Shown: one piece after another, positions 32,633-44,829 of the stretch
Numbering within the stretch: the stretch's first letter is position 1
Layout of the letters: every line of letters begins with the position of its first letter
Origin: Eledone cirrhosa
Lineage: Eukaryota
NCBI GenBank assembly: GCA_964016885.1
Contig: OZ024756.1
Coordinates: 7,316,001-7,380,000 of the forward strand
Direction: 5' to 3'
Length of the DNA stretch: 64,000 bases
Translations under genes and position numbers: made by a program
Notes under the pieces: model-generated
The model's input: the letters and a program-made list of their open reading frames with translations, nothing else
Databases searched by the model: none
Told to the model about the DNA's origin: nothing

Positions 32633-32716
32633 ATGACCCTCCCCAAATATAACAATATCTGTTTCGACACACGATTTCATATAAAAAACCTCGCAAAACT
32701 AATTCATCGCCGCTAT
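32633..32716 (+). CDS. Probable N-terminus of the PLE ORF carried in the 3' pseudo-LTR ([28 protein letters not shown])
   Basis: First 8 codons conserved between families 1 and 2 with only synonymous differences. Confidence 0.6.
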
Positions 32717-32880
32717 ATATATATACATATCCATATATATATATATATACATATCCATATATATTTACATATATATATATATATACATATCCATATGTAT
32801 ATATATATATATACATATACATATCCATATGTATATATATATATATACATATCCATATGTATATATATATATATACATAT

Positions 32881-32916
<36 letters not shown>

Positions 32917-32946
32917 CCATATGTATATATATATATATACATATCC

Positions 32947-32978
<32 letters not shown>

Positions 32979-33030
32979 CCATATATATATATATATATAC
33001 ATATCCATATATATATATATATATACATAT

Positions 33031-33068
<38 letters not shown>

Positions 33069-33094
33069 CCATATATATATATATATATACATAT

Positions 33095-33132
<38 letters not shown>

Positions 33133-33160
33133 CCATATATATATATATATATACATATCC

Positions 33161-33191
<31 letters not shown>

Positions 33192-33560
33192 CATATCCAT
33201 ATATATATATACATACATACCCATATATATATATACATACATATCCATATATATATATACATATATATATACATATCCATATATATATACATATACATAT
33301 ACATATCCATATACATATACATATATATACATATATATATACATATACATATATATATATATACATATATATATACATATATATATACATATATATATAC
33401 ATATATATATACATATATATATACATATACATATATATATACATATATATATACATATACATATATATATACATATATATATACATATACATATATATAT
33501 ATATATATACATATGTATATACATATATATATATATGCATATACATAATAGTAATTGTAA

Positions 33561-33613
<53 letters not shown>

Positions 33614-33617
33614 ATCA

Positions 33618-33659
<42 letters not shown>

Positions 33660-33727
33660 CAGTAGCACCAGTAGTATATACATATATATATACACATATA
33701 TATATACACATATATATATATACACAC

Positions 33728-33758
<31 letters not shown>

Positions 33759-33893
33759 AATATATATATCTATATATACACATATAAATACATATATATA
33801 TATACAAATATACATATACATATACATATATATATGCATATATATATGCATATATATATACATATACTTATATATAACCAAACATACATCAAT

Positions 33894-33950
33894 TTATCTG
33901 ATGAGGACGTACTGAAAAAAAACACCACAGTACCTCCGAAATATGTATAA
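33894..33950 (+). ncRNA. Hammerhead-like motif in a small (TA)n-embedded island
   Basis: ttat-CTGATGA-ggacgtactg...cagtacctcc-GAAA-tatgt-ataa. Confidence 0.6.
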
Positions 33951-34210
33951 TAAAACATATTGGGATTATGTGAATGTATCCACTTATTAATATTTTGAAT
34001 AATATACTTATATATATATACATATATAAACATATTCATATATAAGCATATATCTACATATATATACATCCATGTATATATCTGTATACACATACATATA
34101 TATTTATACGTGCGTACATACACATATATATATATATTATATTATATAAATGCATATATAGTAGCTTTATGCGTTGGTATTCATGTGCCTGTTTATGTAA
34201 TTTGCCTGTG

Positions 34211-34245
<35 letters not shown>

Positions 34246-34253
34246 GTAGCAGC

Positions 34254-34290
<37 letters not shown>

Positions 34291-34344
34291 ACAGTAGTAG
34301 TAGTAATAGTAGTAGTAGTAATAGTAGTAATAGTAGTAGTATAA

Positions 34345-34404
<60 letters not shown>

Positions 34405-34436
34405 CACCAGTAGTATATATATATATATATATATGT

Positions 34437-34637
34437 ATACAAGTTATATATTAATATATATGATAAACACATACGTGTTTGTATTGTAAGAGACAAAGTT
34501 AGCTAGAACGAAATAAACTAATTAAAGTGTTTATCATATATATTAATATATAACTTGTATTTCACTGCTCGGAAATGCTTCTTTCTTTGAGCTGATTAAT
34601 TGTAAATGACTTTGAGTTTAAACTCTAAATATAATAT
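34437..34637 (+). mobile_element. Small fold-back element in (TA)n
   Basis: Inverted arms 34437-34470 / 34527-34560 plus a unique tail. Confidence 0.55.
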
Positions 34638-35253
34638 AGTATATATATATATGTATGTATGTGTAGCAGTAGTAACAGTAGCACCAGTAGTAGTAGTAGT
34701 AGTATCAGTAGTAGTAGCAGTAGCACCAGTAGTAGTAGTAGTAGTAGTAGTAGTAGCACCAGTAGTAGCACCAGTAGTAGTAGTAGTAGTAGTAGTATCA
34801 GTAGTAGTAGCAGTAGCACCAGTAGTAGTAGTAGTAGTAGTAGTAGTAGCACCAGTAGTAGCACCAGTAGTAGTAGTAGTAGTAGTATCAGTAGTAGTAG
34901 CAGTAGCACCAGTAGTAGTAGTAGTAGTAGTATGTGAGATGTAGATATTTTAGTCTTGTGTCTATCGAACAATAATCTCGAAATACCACGAAGCCTTCAT
35001 GTTCTTTCAGATTTTATTTTTTCTATGAATCATCGTTGCCATTGATATTTTCTAAATACACTGGCTTAGCTGCATTTATAGACATATCTATACACACCAT
35101 ATGTATTGAATGTATATATACTCTAGCAATTGATAGAATATGAATCAATACTCGTCAGTATTCGGATCACATGAAGATTGACGGAGACACATTTACACAA
35201 TCTTAAAACTGGCCGTGGGAAACGTATACAAAAATACACATAAATAACCATTA

Positions 35254-35289
<36 letters not shown>

Positions 35290-35467
35290 GCGTGTGCGTG
35301 TGCGTGTGCGTGTGCGTGTGCGTGTGCGTGTGCGTGTGTGTGTGCGTGTTTATTAAGGCTAATGTTGTGACTTGTTACTCAGAAATCATGAGATCCTGTG
35401 ATATACATACATACAATTATATATATACATATATATAATTTTTTTATCTCTTCTATATATATACTAA

Positions 35468-35508
<41 letters not shown>

Positions 35509-35592
35509 TATTCTTTGTTATTCAAAATAAGAACAAACCCAAGATATATGTTAATAGACGAAACAATGCATATACAAGCATACACATGAATA

Positions 35593-35640
<48 letters not shown>

Positions 35641-35681
35641 GACATAAATATGTGCATATATATATATATATATATATATAC

Positions 35682-35715
<34 letters not shown>

Positions 35716-35845
35716 GAATGTGTGTGTGTGTATGTTTATCACCACATATGTGTTTCAGTGTGCGTACATCAGTCAAATACAACATAAACAAATAAAATAT
35801 ACTCCTGTGCATGTATGTATAATATTATCAAAGCATGTAACACGC

Positions 35846-35899
<54 letters not shown>

Positions 35900-35950
35900 A
35901 TACATACACACACCATATATATACGCAAATATATATTTATATACACACAC

Positions 35951-36010
<60 letters not shown>

Positions 36011-36069
36011 GTATGTATATACATACACACACCATATATATACGCAAATATATATTTATATACACACAC

Positions 36070-36126
<57 letters not shown>

Positions 36127-37007
36127 AACATATATACATATATATATATATACACACACACACACATATAAATATATATATATGTATGTGTTTATAAAAA
36201 AAGTTTCTGGCTAAACTGCATTCATCGATATAATATGCGATAAAGCCTTAAGCCTGATTCGATCTTCCACAAATTTCAGCTGCATTGATTTGGTGTTTGC
36301 TTTTAATATTTGTAGTTAATACAGCCAGTGAATGGAAACAATCTTCGTTGAATCGCATATAAAAAGCGAACGAAACAGGCCAAAGCTTATACGAACCACC
36401 CCGCCTGTGATTGATATAAAAATAGCCATAAAAATACATAAGTGAATGCAAAGTATTTTGCACTTCTTATCTCACATCGTTCATTAAATATGAATGGTTT
36501 ATACTTGTAGAGATATAATATAGATATGAATATGTTTTATGGCTACCCGACTCTTGATCTCGACAAGAGGGACTTGTGAAAACTCTGTGAAGTTTGTTTT
36601 AAGTCTTCTCGTCATATGATGTATGTAGACAACTGTTAGTAATAATGACTTTTGACATAATCAAGAGGTGAGAGGTGATATTGATTTATATAGACATGAG
36701 AGCAAACGTCATGTTTTAATATTTGAGGACCTTTCTAGTTTGATCTCCTGTTACTCTTTCACATGTCGAATATTTTTTTTTTTATCGTTTCACGCCCTTA
36801 TCGTTGTTGTATTTGCCATTGACAAAAACATGTAAACACTTTTGGTCCATTAGTCCTAGGTGGATATAGTCAACCTAGAAATGGAGGTTTCTTCTATTTC
36901 ACCGATGTATTTAAATTGTATATTATGAAACACCTTTATAGGGCTCTGCCACCTCAACTAGACATAGCTACCAAGCATCACCAAATTATATTAGTTTAAT
37001 GTATTAA

Positions 37008-37200
37008 AGGTGGTGAATTGGCAGTATCGGTGGAGGATCGGACGCCATGCTTTACAGCATAGAGTTACGTCCCTTTACGGTCTGATTTCAAATCCCGCCA
37101 AGGTTAACTTTGCCTTTCACCCTTACGGGGTCGATAAAATAAAGAACCAGTAATGTACTGGGATAATTACTGGCCTTGTGTCAAAAGTAGAAACAGTTAT
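37008..37200 (+). mobile_element. tRNA-derived SINE, full length (main family)
   Basis: TGGCAGTATCGG...TTCAAATCCCGCC...GGGGTCGATAAAATAAAG...GGCCTTGTG..AAAGTAGAAAC; many copies in this window. Confidence 0.85.
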
Positions 37201-38024
37201 TTTAATGTATTAAAAACAGAAAGAAGACACTTTGGATAATGTAGTCCTAGATACACTATGCTTGAATAAATGACAGGTTGGTCATGGATGGAACTGGAAC
37301 TTATTTTATCATTCGTCTACTCTGCCCGATCAGGGAACTGAATAACTATTTCTAACATTGACAGAAAGCTAGAAATATTGGATGAGGGGAAAGTCGATTA
37401 AATCGGTCTCAGGACATTATCGGTGCTTCCATCGGCCAGGAAAAGATCAAAGACAATATCGAATCCATCAGGAGCTACAGGTCAGTACACAACAGAAGTC
37501 ACAGGTTAATACACATCCGGAATCAGGGGTCACTACACACCAGGAGTGACGGATCAATACACATATAGAACAACGGACAACCCTCAATAATGAAACGAAA
37601 AGTTGTTTTAGAGAGAGAATTCATTCACACGAACAAATATGTAATAATCTTTTAGCAAATTTTGATATAAAACAAACCCCTTATCTCGTGGAACCAAGGA
37701 CCTTTCGGCCGAACCGTGGCGATCTACAGGAAATATCTTAAAAGATATTGCTTTATAATATGCAATACTATTAAAAAAATTAAACAAAAGTGAATAAAAT
37801 GAATATTTCTGTCTTTCAAATGAATATCAGATTCCTTCAGTCTTTCAAAACACGATCTCAGATGAAATTACTTGGAAGTTTAGTGCAACTCCATAAAGTT
37901 CCGTTTAACTCAGAGTTATCAAACACAATATTATTCTCTCTTTCACTCACTGATTCCGTCCCTCTCGCTCTCCCCATCTCTCACTATTACACACAAACGG
38001 GAACGCACGAGCTGACCAGCATGC

Positions 38025-40020
38025 GGTCCTGGCGGACAAAATAGAGGTGTTTCCCATGAGGAAGACGCGCTAGAAGAACCATTCCACCTCGAGAGGGTCA
38101 CATCTGCGGGTAGCCAACTGTGTCGATGGTGGTGAGTAGGGAGATGGTCCTAGGGCCAAGGACATCAGAAGTTTCCTCTGCTACAGGTAGCCAACTGTGC
38201 CAATGGTAGTGAGTAGGGAGATGGTCCTAGGGCCAAGGACATCAGAAGTCTCCTCTGCTACAGGTAGCCAACTGTGCCAATGGTGGTGAGTAGGGAGATG
38301 GTCCTAGGGCCAAGGACATCAGAAGTCTCCTCTGCTACAGGTAGCCAACTGTGCCAATGGTAGTGAGTAGGGAGGTGGTCCTAGGGCCAAGGACATCAGA
38401 AGTCTTCTCTGCTACAGGTAGCCAACTGGGCCAATGGTAGTGAGTAGGGAGGTGGTCCTAAGACCAAGGACATCAGAAGTCTCCTCTGCTACAGGTAGCC
38501 AACTGTGCCAATGGTAGTGAGTAGGGAGGTGGTCCTAGGACCAAGGACATCAGAAGTCTCCTCTGCTACAGGTAGCCAACTGTGTTAATGGTAGTGAGTA
38601 GGGAGGTGGTCCTAGGGCCAAGGACATCAGAAGTCTCCTCTGCTACAGGTAGCCAACTGTGTCAATGGTAGTGAGTAGGGAGGTGGTCCTCGAGCCAAGG
38701 ACATCAGAAGTCTCCTCTGCTACAGGTAGCCAACTGTGTTAATGGTAGTGAGTAGGGAGGTGGTCCTAGGGCCAAGGACATCAGAAGTCTCCTCTGCTAC
38801 AGGTAGCCAACTGTGCCAATGGTAGTGAGTAGGGAGGTGGTCCTAGGACCAAGGACATCAGAAGTCTCCTCTGCTACAGGTAGCCAACTGTGCCAATGGT
38901 AGTGAGTAGGGAGGTGGTCCTAGGACCAAGGACATCAGAAGTCTCCTCTGCTACAGGTAGCCAACTGTGTTAATGGTAGTGAGTAGGGAGGTGGTCCTAG
39001 GGCCAAGGACATCAGAAGTCTCCTCTGCTACAGGTAGCCAACTGTGTTAATGGTAGTGAGTAGGGAGGTGGTCCTAGGGCCAAGGACATCAGAAGTCTCC
39101 TCTGCTACAGGTAGCCAACTGTGTTAATGGTAGTGAGTAGGGAGGTGGTCCTCGAGCCAAGGACATTAGAAGTCTCCTCTGCTACAGGTAGCCAACTGTG
39201 CCAATGGTAGTGAGTAGGGAGGTGGTCCTAGGGCCAAGGACATCAGAAGTCTCCTCTGCTACAGGTAGCCAACTGTGCCAATGGTAGTGAGTAGGGAGGT
39301 GGTCCTAGGACCAAGGACATCAGAAGTCTCCTCTGCTACAGGTAGCCAACTGTGTTAATGGTAGTGAGTAGGGAGGTGGTCCTAGGGCCAAGGACATCAG
39401 AAGTCTCCTCTGCTACAGGTAGCCAACTGTGTCAATGGTAGTGAGTAGGGAGGTGGTCCTCGAGCCAAGGACATCAGAAGTCTCCTCTGCTACAGGTAGC
39501 CAACTGTGTCAATGGTAGTGAGTAGGGAGGTGGTCCTCGAGCCAAGGACATCAGAAGTCTCCTCTGCTACAGGTAGCCAACTGTGTTAATGGTAGTGAGT
39601 AGGGAGGTGGTCCTAGGGCCAAGGACATCAGAAGTCTCCTCTGCTACAGGTAGCCAACTGTGTCAATGGTAGCGAGTAGGGAGGTGGTCCTAGGACCAAG
39701 GACATCAGAAGTCTCCTCTGCTACAGGTAGCCAACTGTGCCAATGGTAGTGAGTAGGGAGGTGGTCCTAGGGCCAAGGACATCAGAAGTCTCCTCTGCTA
39801 CAGGTAGCCAACTGTGCCAATTGTAGTGAGTAGGGAAGTAGTCCTAGGGCCAAGGACATCAGAAGTCTCCTCTGCTACGAGCTTGACCTCAAACCTGTCG
39901 GAGTGTGACCGATATTTGGAGAGTCTACCCTCCTTGGCCCTAAGTGCAGCAGAGCCTGGGATAGTCACAGACTGTACCAGGTTGCCGCATGGAAAAGTGT
40001 CGCTGCATGTAAAAGGACAT
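38025..40020 (-). mobile_element. Decayed RLE-type (CRE-like) LINE 3' fragment containing a 77-bp satellite
   Basis: Both flanks and the repeat unit are colinear with 53010-53320. Confidence 0.85.
38107..39878. repeat. 77-bp tandem array, ~23 copies
   Basis: Unit CAGGTAGCCAACTGTGCCAATGGTAGTGAGTAGGGAGGTGGTCCTAGGGCCAAGGACATCAGAAGTCTCCTCTGCTA. Confidence 0.97.
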
Positions 40021-40189
40021 TAAAAATGTCAAATGTCTGTCCGTTCAAGTTTATTTCTGCCTCTCATCAAAACAAGATCTTGAAAATAACTCCCGGGAAA
40101 CGTGTGTACTTTTGTGTATAGGACATGATGTACGTGACTGAACACATACGTACGTGTGCGAATGTATGTGTTTGTGCGTTCGTACTTAT

Positions 40190-41812
40190 GGATGAGTGTA
40201 TGGATGTATGTATATGCATGAGTGTATGGATGTATGGGTGCATGTATGGATGTATATGTATTTGTATGAGTGTATGTATGTATGTATATGTATGGGTGTA
40301 TGGATGTATGTGTATGTATGGATGTATATGCATGAGTGTATGGATGTATGTATATGCATGAGTGTATGTATGTATGTATATGCATGAGTGTATGTCTGGA
40401 TGTATATGCATGAGTGTATGTATGTATGTATATGCATGAGTGTATGTCTGGATGTATATGCATGAGTGTATGTCTGGATGTATATGCATGAGTGTATGGA
40501 TGTATGTATATGCATGAGTGTATGGATGTATGTATGTATATGCATGAGTGTATGGATGTATGTATATGCATGAATGTATGTATATGCATGAGTGTATGAA
40601 TGTGTGTATATGTATGGGTGTATGGATGTATGTATATGTATGGGTGCATGTATGGATGTATATGTAAGAGTGTATGTCTGGATGTATATGCATGAGTGTA
40701 TGGATGTATGCATATGTATGGGTGCATGTATGTATATGTATCAGTGTATGTCTGGATGGGTGTATGGATGGATGTATATGCATGAGTATATGTCTGGATG
40801 TATGTATATGCATGAGTGTATGTATGTATGGATGTATATGTATGGGTGTATGTATGGATGAATATGTATGTGTGTGTGTATGTATGTCTGGATGTATATG
40901 GATGGGTGTATGGATGTAGGTATATGTATGAGTGTATGTATGGATGTATATGTATGAGTGTATGTATGGATGTATATGTATGAGCGTATGTATGTATGTA
41001 TGTATATGTATGAGTGTATGTCTGGATGTATATGTATGAGTGTATGGATGTATGTATATGGATGGGTGTATGGATGTAGGTACATGTATGAGCGTACGTA
41101 TGTATGTATATGTATGAGCGTATGTATGGATGTATATGTATGAGTGTATGTATGGATGTATATGCACGAGCGTATGTATGTATGTATGTATATGTATGAG
41201 CGTATGTATGTATATGTATGAGTGTATGTCTGGATGTATATTCATGAGTGTATGGATGTATGTATATGTATGGGTGTATGGATGTTTGCATATGTATGGG
41301 TGTATATGGATGTATGTATATGCATGAGTGTATATGTATGAGTGTATGGATGTATGTATATGTATGGATGTATATGCATGAGTGCATGGATGTATGTATA
41401 TGTATGGATGTATATGCATGAGTGCATGGATGTATGTATATGTATGGGTGTATGGATGCATGTATATGTATGGGTGTATATGGATGTATGTATATGCATG
41501 AGTGTATATGTATGAGTGTATGGATGTATGTATATGTATGGGTGTATATGGATGAGTGTATGGATGGATTTACATGTACGAGTGTGTATGGATGTATGTA
41601 CGGATGTATGTACGGATGTATGTATATGTATGAGTGTGTATGGATGTATGTACGGATGTATGTACGGATGTATGTATATGTATGAGTGTGTATGGATGTA
41701 TGTACGGATGTATGTACGGATGTATGTATATGTATGAGTGTGTATGGATGTATGTACGGATGTATGTATGGATGGATGTATATGTATGAATGTATGTATA
41801 TGCATGAGTGTT
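40190..41812. repeat. (TATG/GATG)-based compound satellite
   Basis: Visible; source of the His/Ile/Tyr pseudo-ORFs. Confidence 0.93.
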
Positions 41813-42287
41813 TCACTATGTGTAACTATGTGTGTTAATGTAGTTTTCACTAGTGTCGTTAGAAATTGCACATCGTTAATGCGATTCCTGATAGCTAATC
41901 AGAGTTCTCGCTGTAAGCAAATCCCAGCAATATATAAACTGCATTAAACACAGGACGGGATAAGCTGGGGAAAGGCGTGAATGGTTTTATAAATAGTTTT
42001 GCCTATCGTAAGACTGAAATGGAAATTAATAGAATCACACGAGACAACAACAACTAAATCAACAGCAGCAGCAACAATGGTTAAGAGACAACAACCAAAT
42101 CCACAACAACTGCAAGAAGAAGAAAAGAAGAAAAACAAATGGAAAAGAAAAAAGAAAAGAAAAGAAAATAAAATAAAAGAAAAGGAAAAAAAAGAAAAGA
42201 AAAAGGACAAGAAAAGAACAAGAAAAGAACAAGAAAAGAACAAGAAAAGAACAAGAAAAGAAAAAGAAGAAAAAGAACAACAACAAC

Positions 42288-42445
42288 AATTGTTTCTACT
42301 TTTGGCACAGGGCCAGCAATTATCCCAGTGTATTACTGGTACTTTATTTTATCGACCCTGTAAGGATGAAAGGCAAAGTTAACCTCGGCGGGATTTGAAC
42401 TCAGACCGTACAGCATGGCGTCCGACCCTCTACCGACACTGCCTA
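42288..42445 (-). mobile_element. tRNA-derived SINE (main family)
   Basis: Matches 37008-37200; further partial copy at 42869-42965. Confidence 0.85.
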
Positions 42446-43074
42446 ATGGTTAAGAGACAACAACAACAACAACAGAAACAACCACAACTGCAATGGCAAT
42501 ATTAGTTTCATTTGTTGCCCACAAGGGCCGACATGTAGGGGACAATACAAAGACAGGGACAGTGGGGGTGGGGGTTACAATAAAATTGAGGGAAAACACA
42601 CAATAACAAAACCAATTTAACAAAAAAGGTTAAGAGACAACAACAAAAACAGCCAAATCCACAACAACAACAACAACAACAACAACAACAGTGGACTGTT
42701 ATATGTATATATATATTTGGTTGAGTGTAAAAGGATTAAAACTCCTGGATTGAGGAATTATTGGAATCCTGGAGTGAATTAAAGCTACAAATCATCAAAA
42801 TATATTACAGTAGCTGCTGCTGCTGCTCATTAACTACTGCTGCTGCTAATACTGCCATTACATGACATAATTGTTTCTACTTTAGGCACAAGGCCAGCAA
42901 AATACACAGTTCATTACTGGTACTTTATTTTATCGACCCCGTAAGGATGAAAAGCAAAGTCAACCAATGGAAATTATTTTGCACTCGTCAATCTTTGTCA
43001 CTCCTCTACATTACTTATGAATAATTAAAACAAAACATTATAAACAGTTTCGACCCTTGTTTGATTTTTGGGCC

Positions 43075-43127
<53 letters not shown>

Positions 43128-43129
<2 letters not shown>

Positions 43130-43362
43130 CGAAGGAAATGTGGTAAGGAACCAGATGGACCATAACGCACCAAAGTACTCAATACTTAGGGTAGTAGAGT
43201 GGGTAATAGGAACAAGTATGATCCCGACGGCAGAGCTCAAGCCGTTTCGACGGCTAATTCTGGACTAAATAAGAATTTTTAGCCTGGTAAAAAAAATTCT
43301 TATTTAGTCCAGAATTAGCCGTCAAAACGGCTTGAGCTCTGCCGTCGGGGTCATATTTGTCG

Positions 43363-43365
<3 letters not shown>
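43128..43365 (-). mobile_element. Fold-back element in (TA)n (family shared with 61033-61240)
   Basis: Inverted arms ~43212-43280/43291-43360, asymmetric tail, (TA)n on both sides. Confidence 0.8.
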
Positions 43366-43401
<36 letters not shown>

Positions 43402-44296
43402 AAATCTCTATGTATATATGCACGTATGGCTGTGTGAGTGCGCGTGTATGTGTGTATATATGTCTTCGTTTAAGATTTCAAGTGAAATACCCAACCTTAA
43501 ATAATAGATGAAATAAAGTAGGACAATACGACGTGTCTTGGCTCTTTCGAAAGACATTATAGTCATTTTTCAAATGGCTTCATCGGAGTACAAAGCCGGC
43601 TTTCAGACTTAAGATGCAGTGAGCTTAACCCAATCTCCTTCATCCTTCACATCATTGTAATATCAGTGCACAAAATAAAAAGCGTCCATAACCTTCTGAT
43701 TTAAGTTGCAGTGAGCTTAGCTTATTCTATCTTCCCATCATACCGTTGAAGCCAGTCCAAGGAACAAAAAGCGTCCAGAAATCTTATAAATTCCCTAAGC
43801 TCTGTAAGCCTACGCCAAGACTTCCACCATCAACAAAACTATCTGTGGTAGCATTAGACGATTTCTCAAGCTGATAGAAATGCCAACCAAATGTCCTTGA
43901 AATCACTTCGTAAAAGGGAAGGACACATTAGAACAGTGGATAATATAGTCCTCCCTATACAATGCCTGAACATCAAATGAGAAACTTGTCTGAAACATAT
44001 TTGGTAGACTAGATTAAATCTTAACTCTAAACGTCATATACCATATGAAACCATATTAACAAGATATTCTTGAAAAATCACTACTACGGCTTACCGCAAT
44101 TTCTTCCCCTTTCACCATCTCTTTCCCTCTCACCCATCCACTCCCTCTCTCTCTCTCTCTCGATCTGTTTATCTTGCATTATTTCTCTCTCACTCCCGAT
44201 CTGTTTCTCTCGCATTCTCTCTCTCTCTTTCTCTCTCCCTCTATCTATGCCCCACGCGCTATCTCTCTCTCTCTCGATCGCTTTCTCTCCTTCTTC

Positions 44297-44328
<32 letters not shown>

Positions 44329-44829
44329 TTTCCTCTCCCCCATCTCATTCTTTCTCTATCTCACTCTCATTCTCTCACTCTCTAAGCCGCCCCTTCTCTC
44401 TCCCTCTCTCTCTCTCTATATATCTTACTCTCACCTTCTCTCTCTCCCACTATCTCACTCATTCTCTCACTCTCTAAGCCGCCTCCTCCCTCTCCCTCTA
44501 TATATATCTTACTCTCCCCTTCTCTCGCTCCCTCTCTCACTCTCCCCCTCTCTACCAGTCTAACCCCTTCCCTACTACAGGTGATATCCACTGTTCAGAA
44601 ACAACATATCTTCTCCCTGTCTCCTTTTGTTCGTCTCACCATGACACCCACTGATCCTCCTACACCTTTCCTCTCTCCCTGTCCCCTAAATAACTCCCTG
44701 ACAGATCCCTAAATAACTCACACACCCCCTAGCAACCCCTTCTTTCCATGTCACCCTTAAAAAACTTTACAATAAATAAATAAATAGATAATCTGCGGTG
44801 ACAACAGTTCCGTCAACTACATGGTAATT

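Larger units (their letters stand above)
27734..32716 (+). mobile_element. Penelope-like family 2 insertion with ~1.86-kb inverted duplication of its 3' part
   Basis: 27734-29597 is the reverse complement of 30794-32658; flanked on both sides by the same TATACATATCCATA repeat in direct orientation. Confidence 0.95.
32717..34932. repeat. (TA)n/TACATATCCA satellite and (TAG)n/(TAGCACCAG) tracts
   Basis: Visible. Confidence 0.9.

Noticed and set aside
24095-35165. Additional partial HHR-like strings (~24100, ~26870, ~35150)
   Set aside because: Only one core half or no closing stems; could be chance
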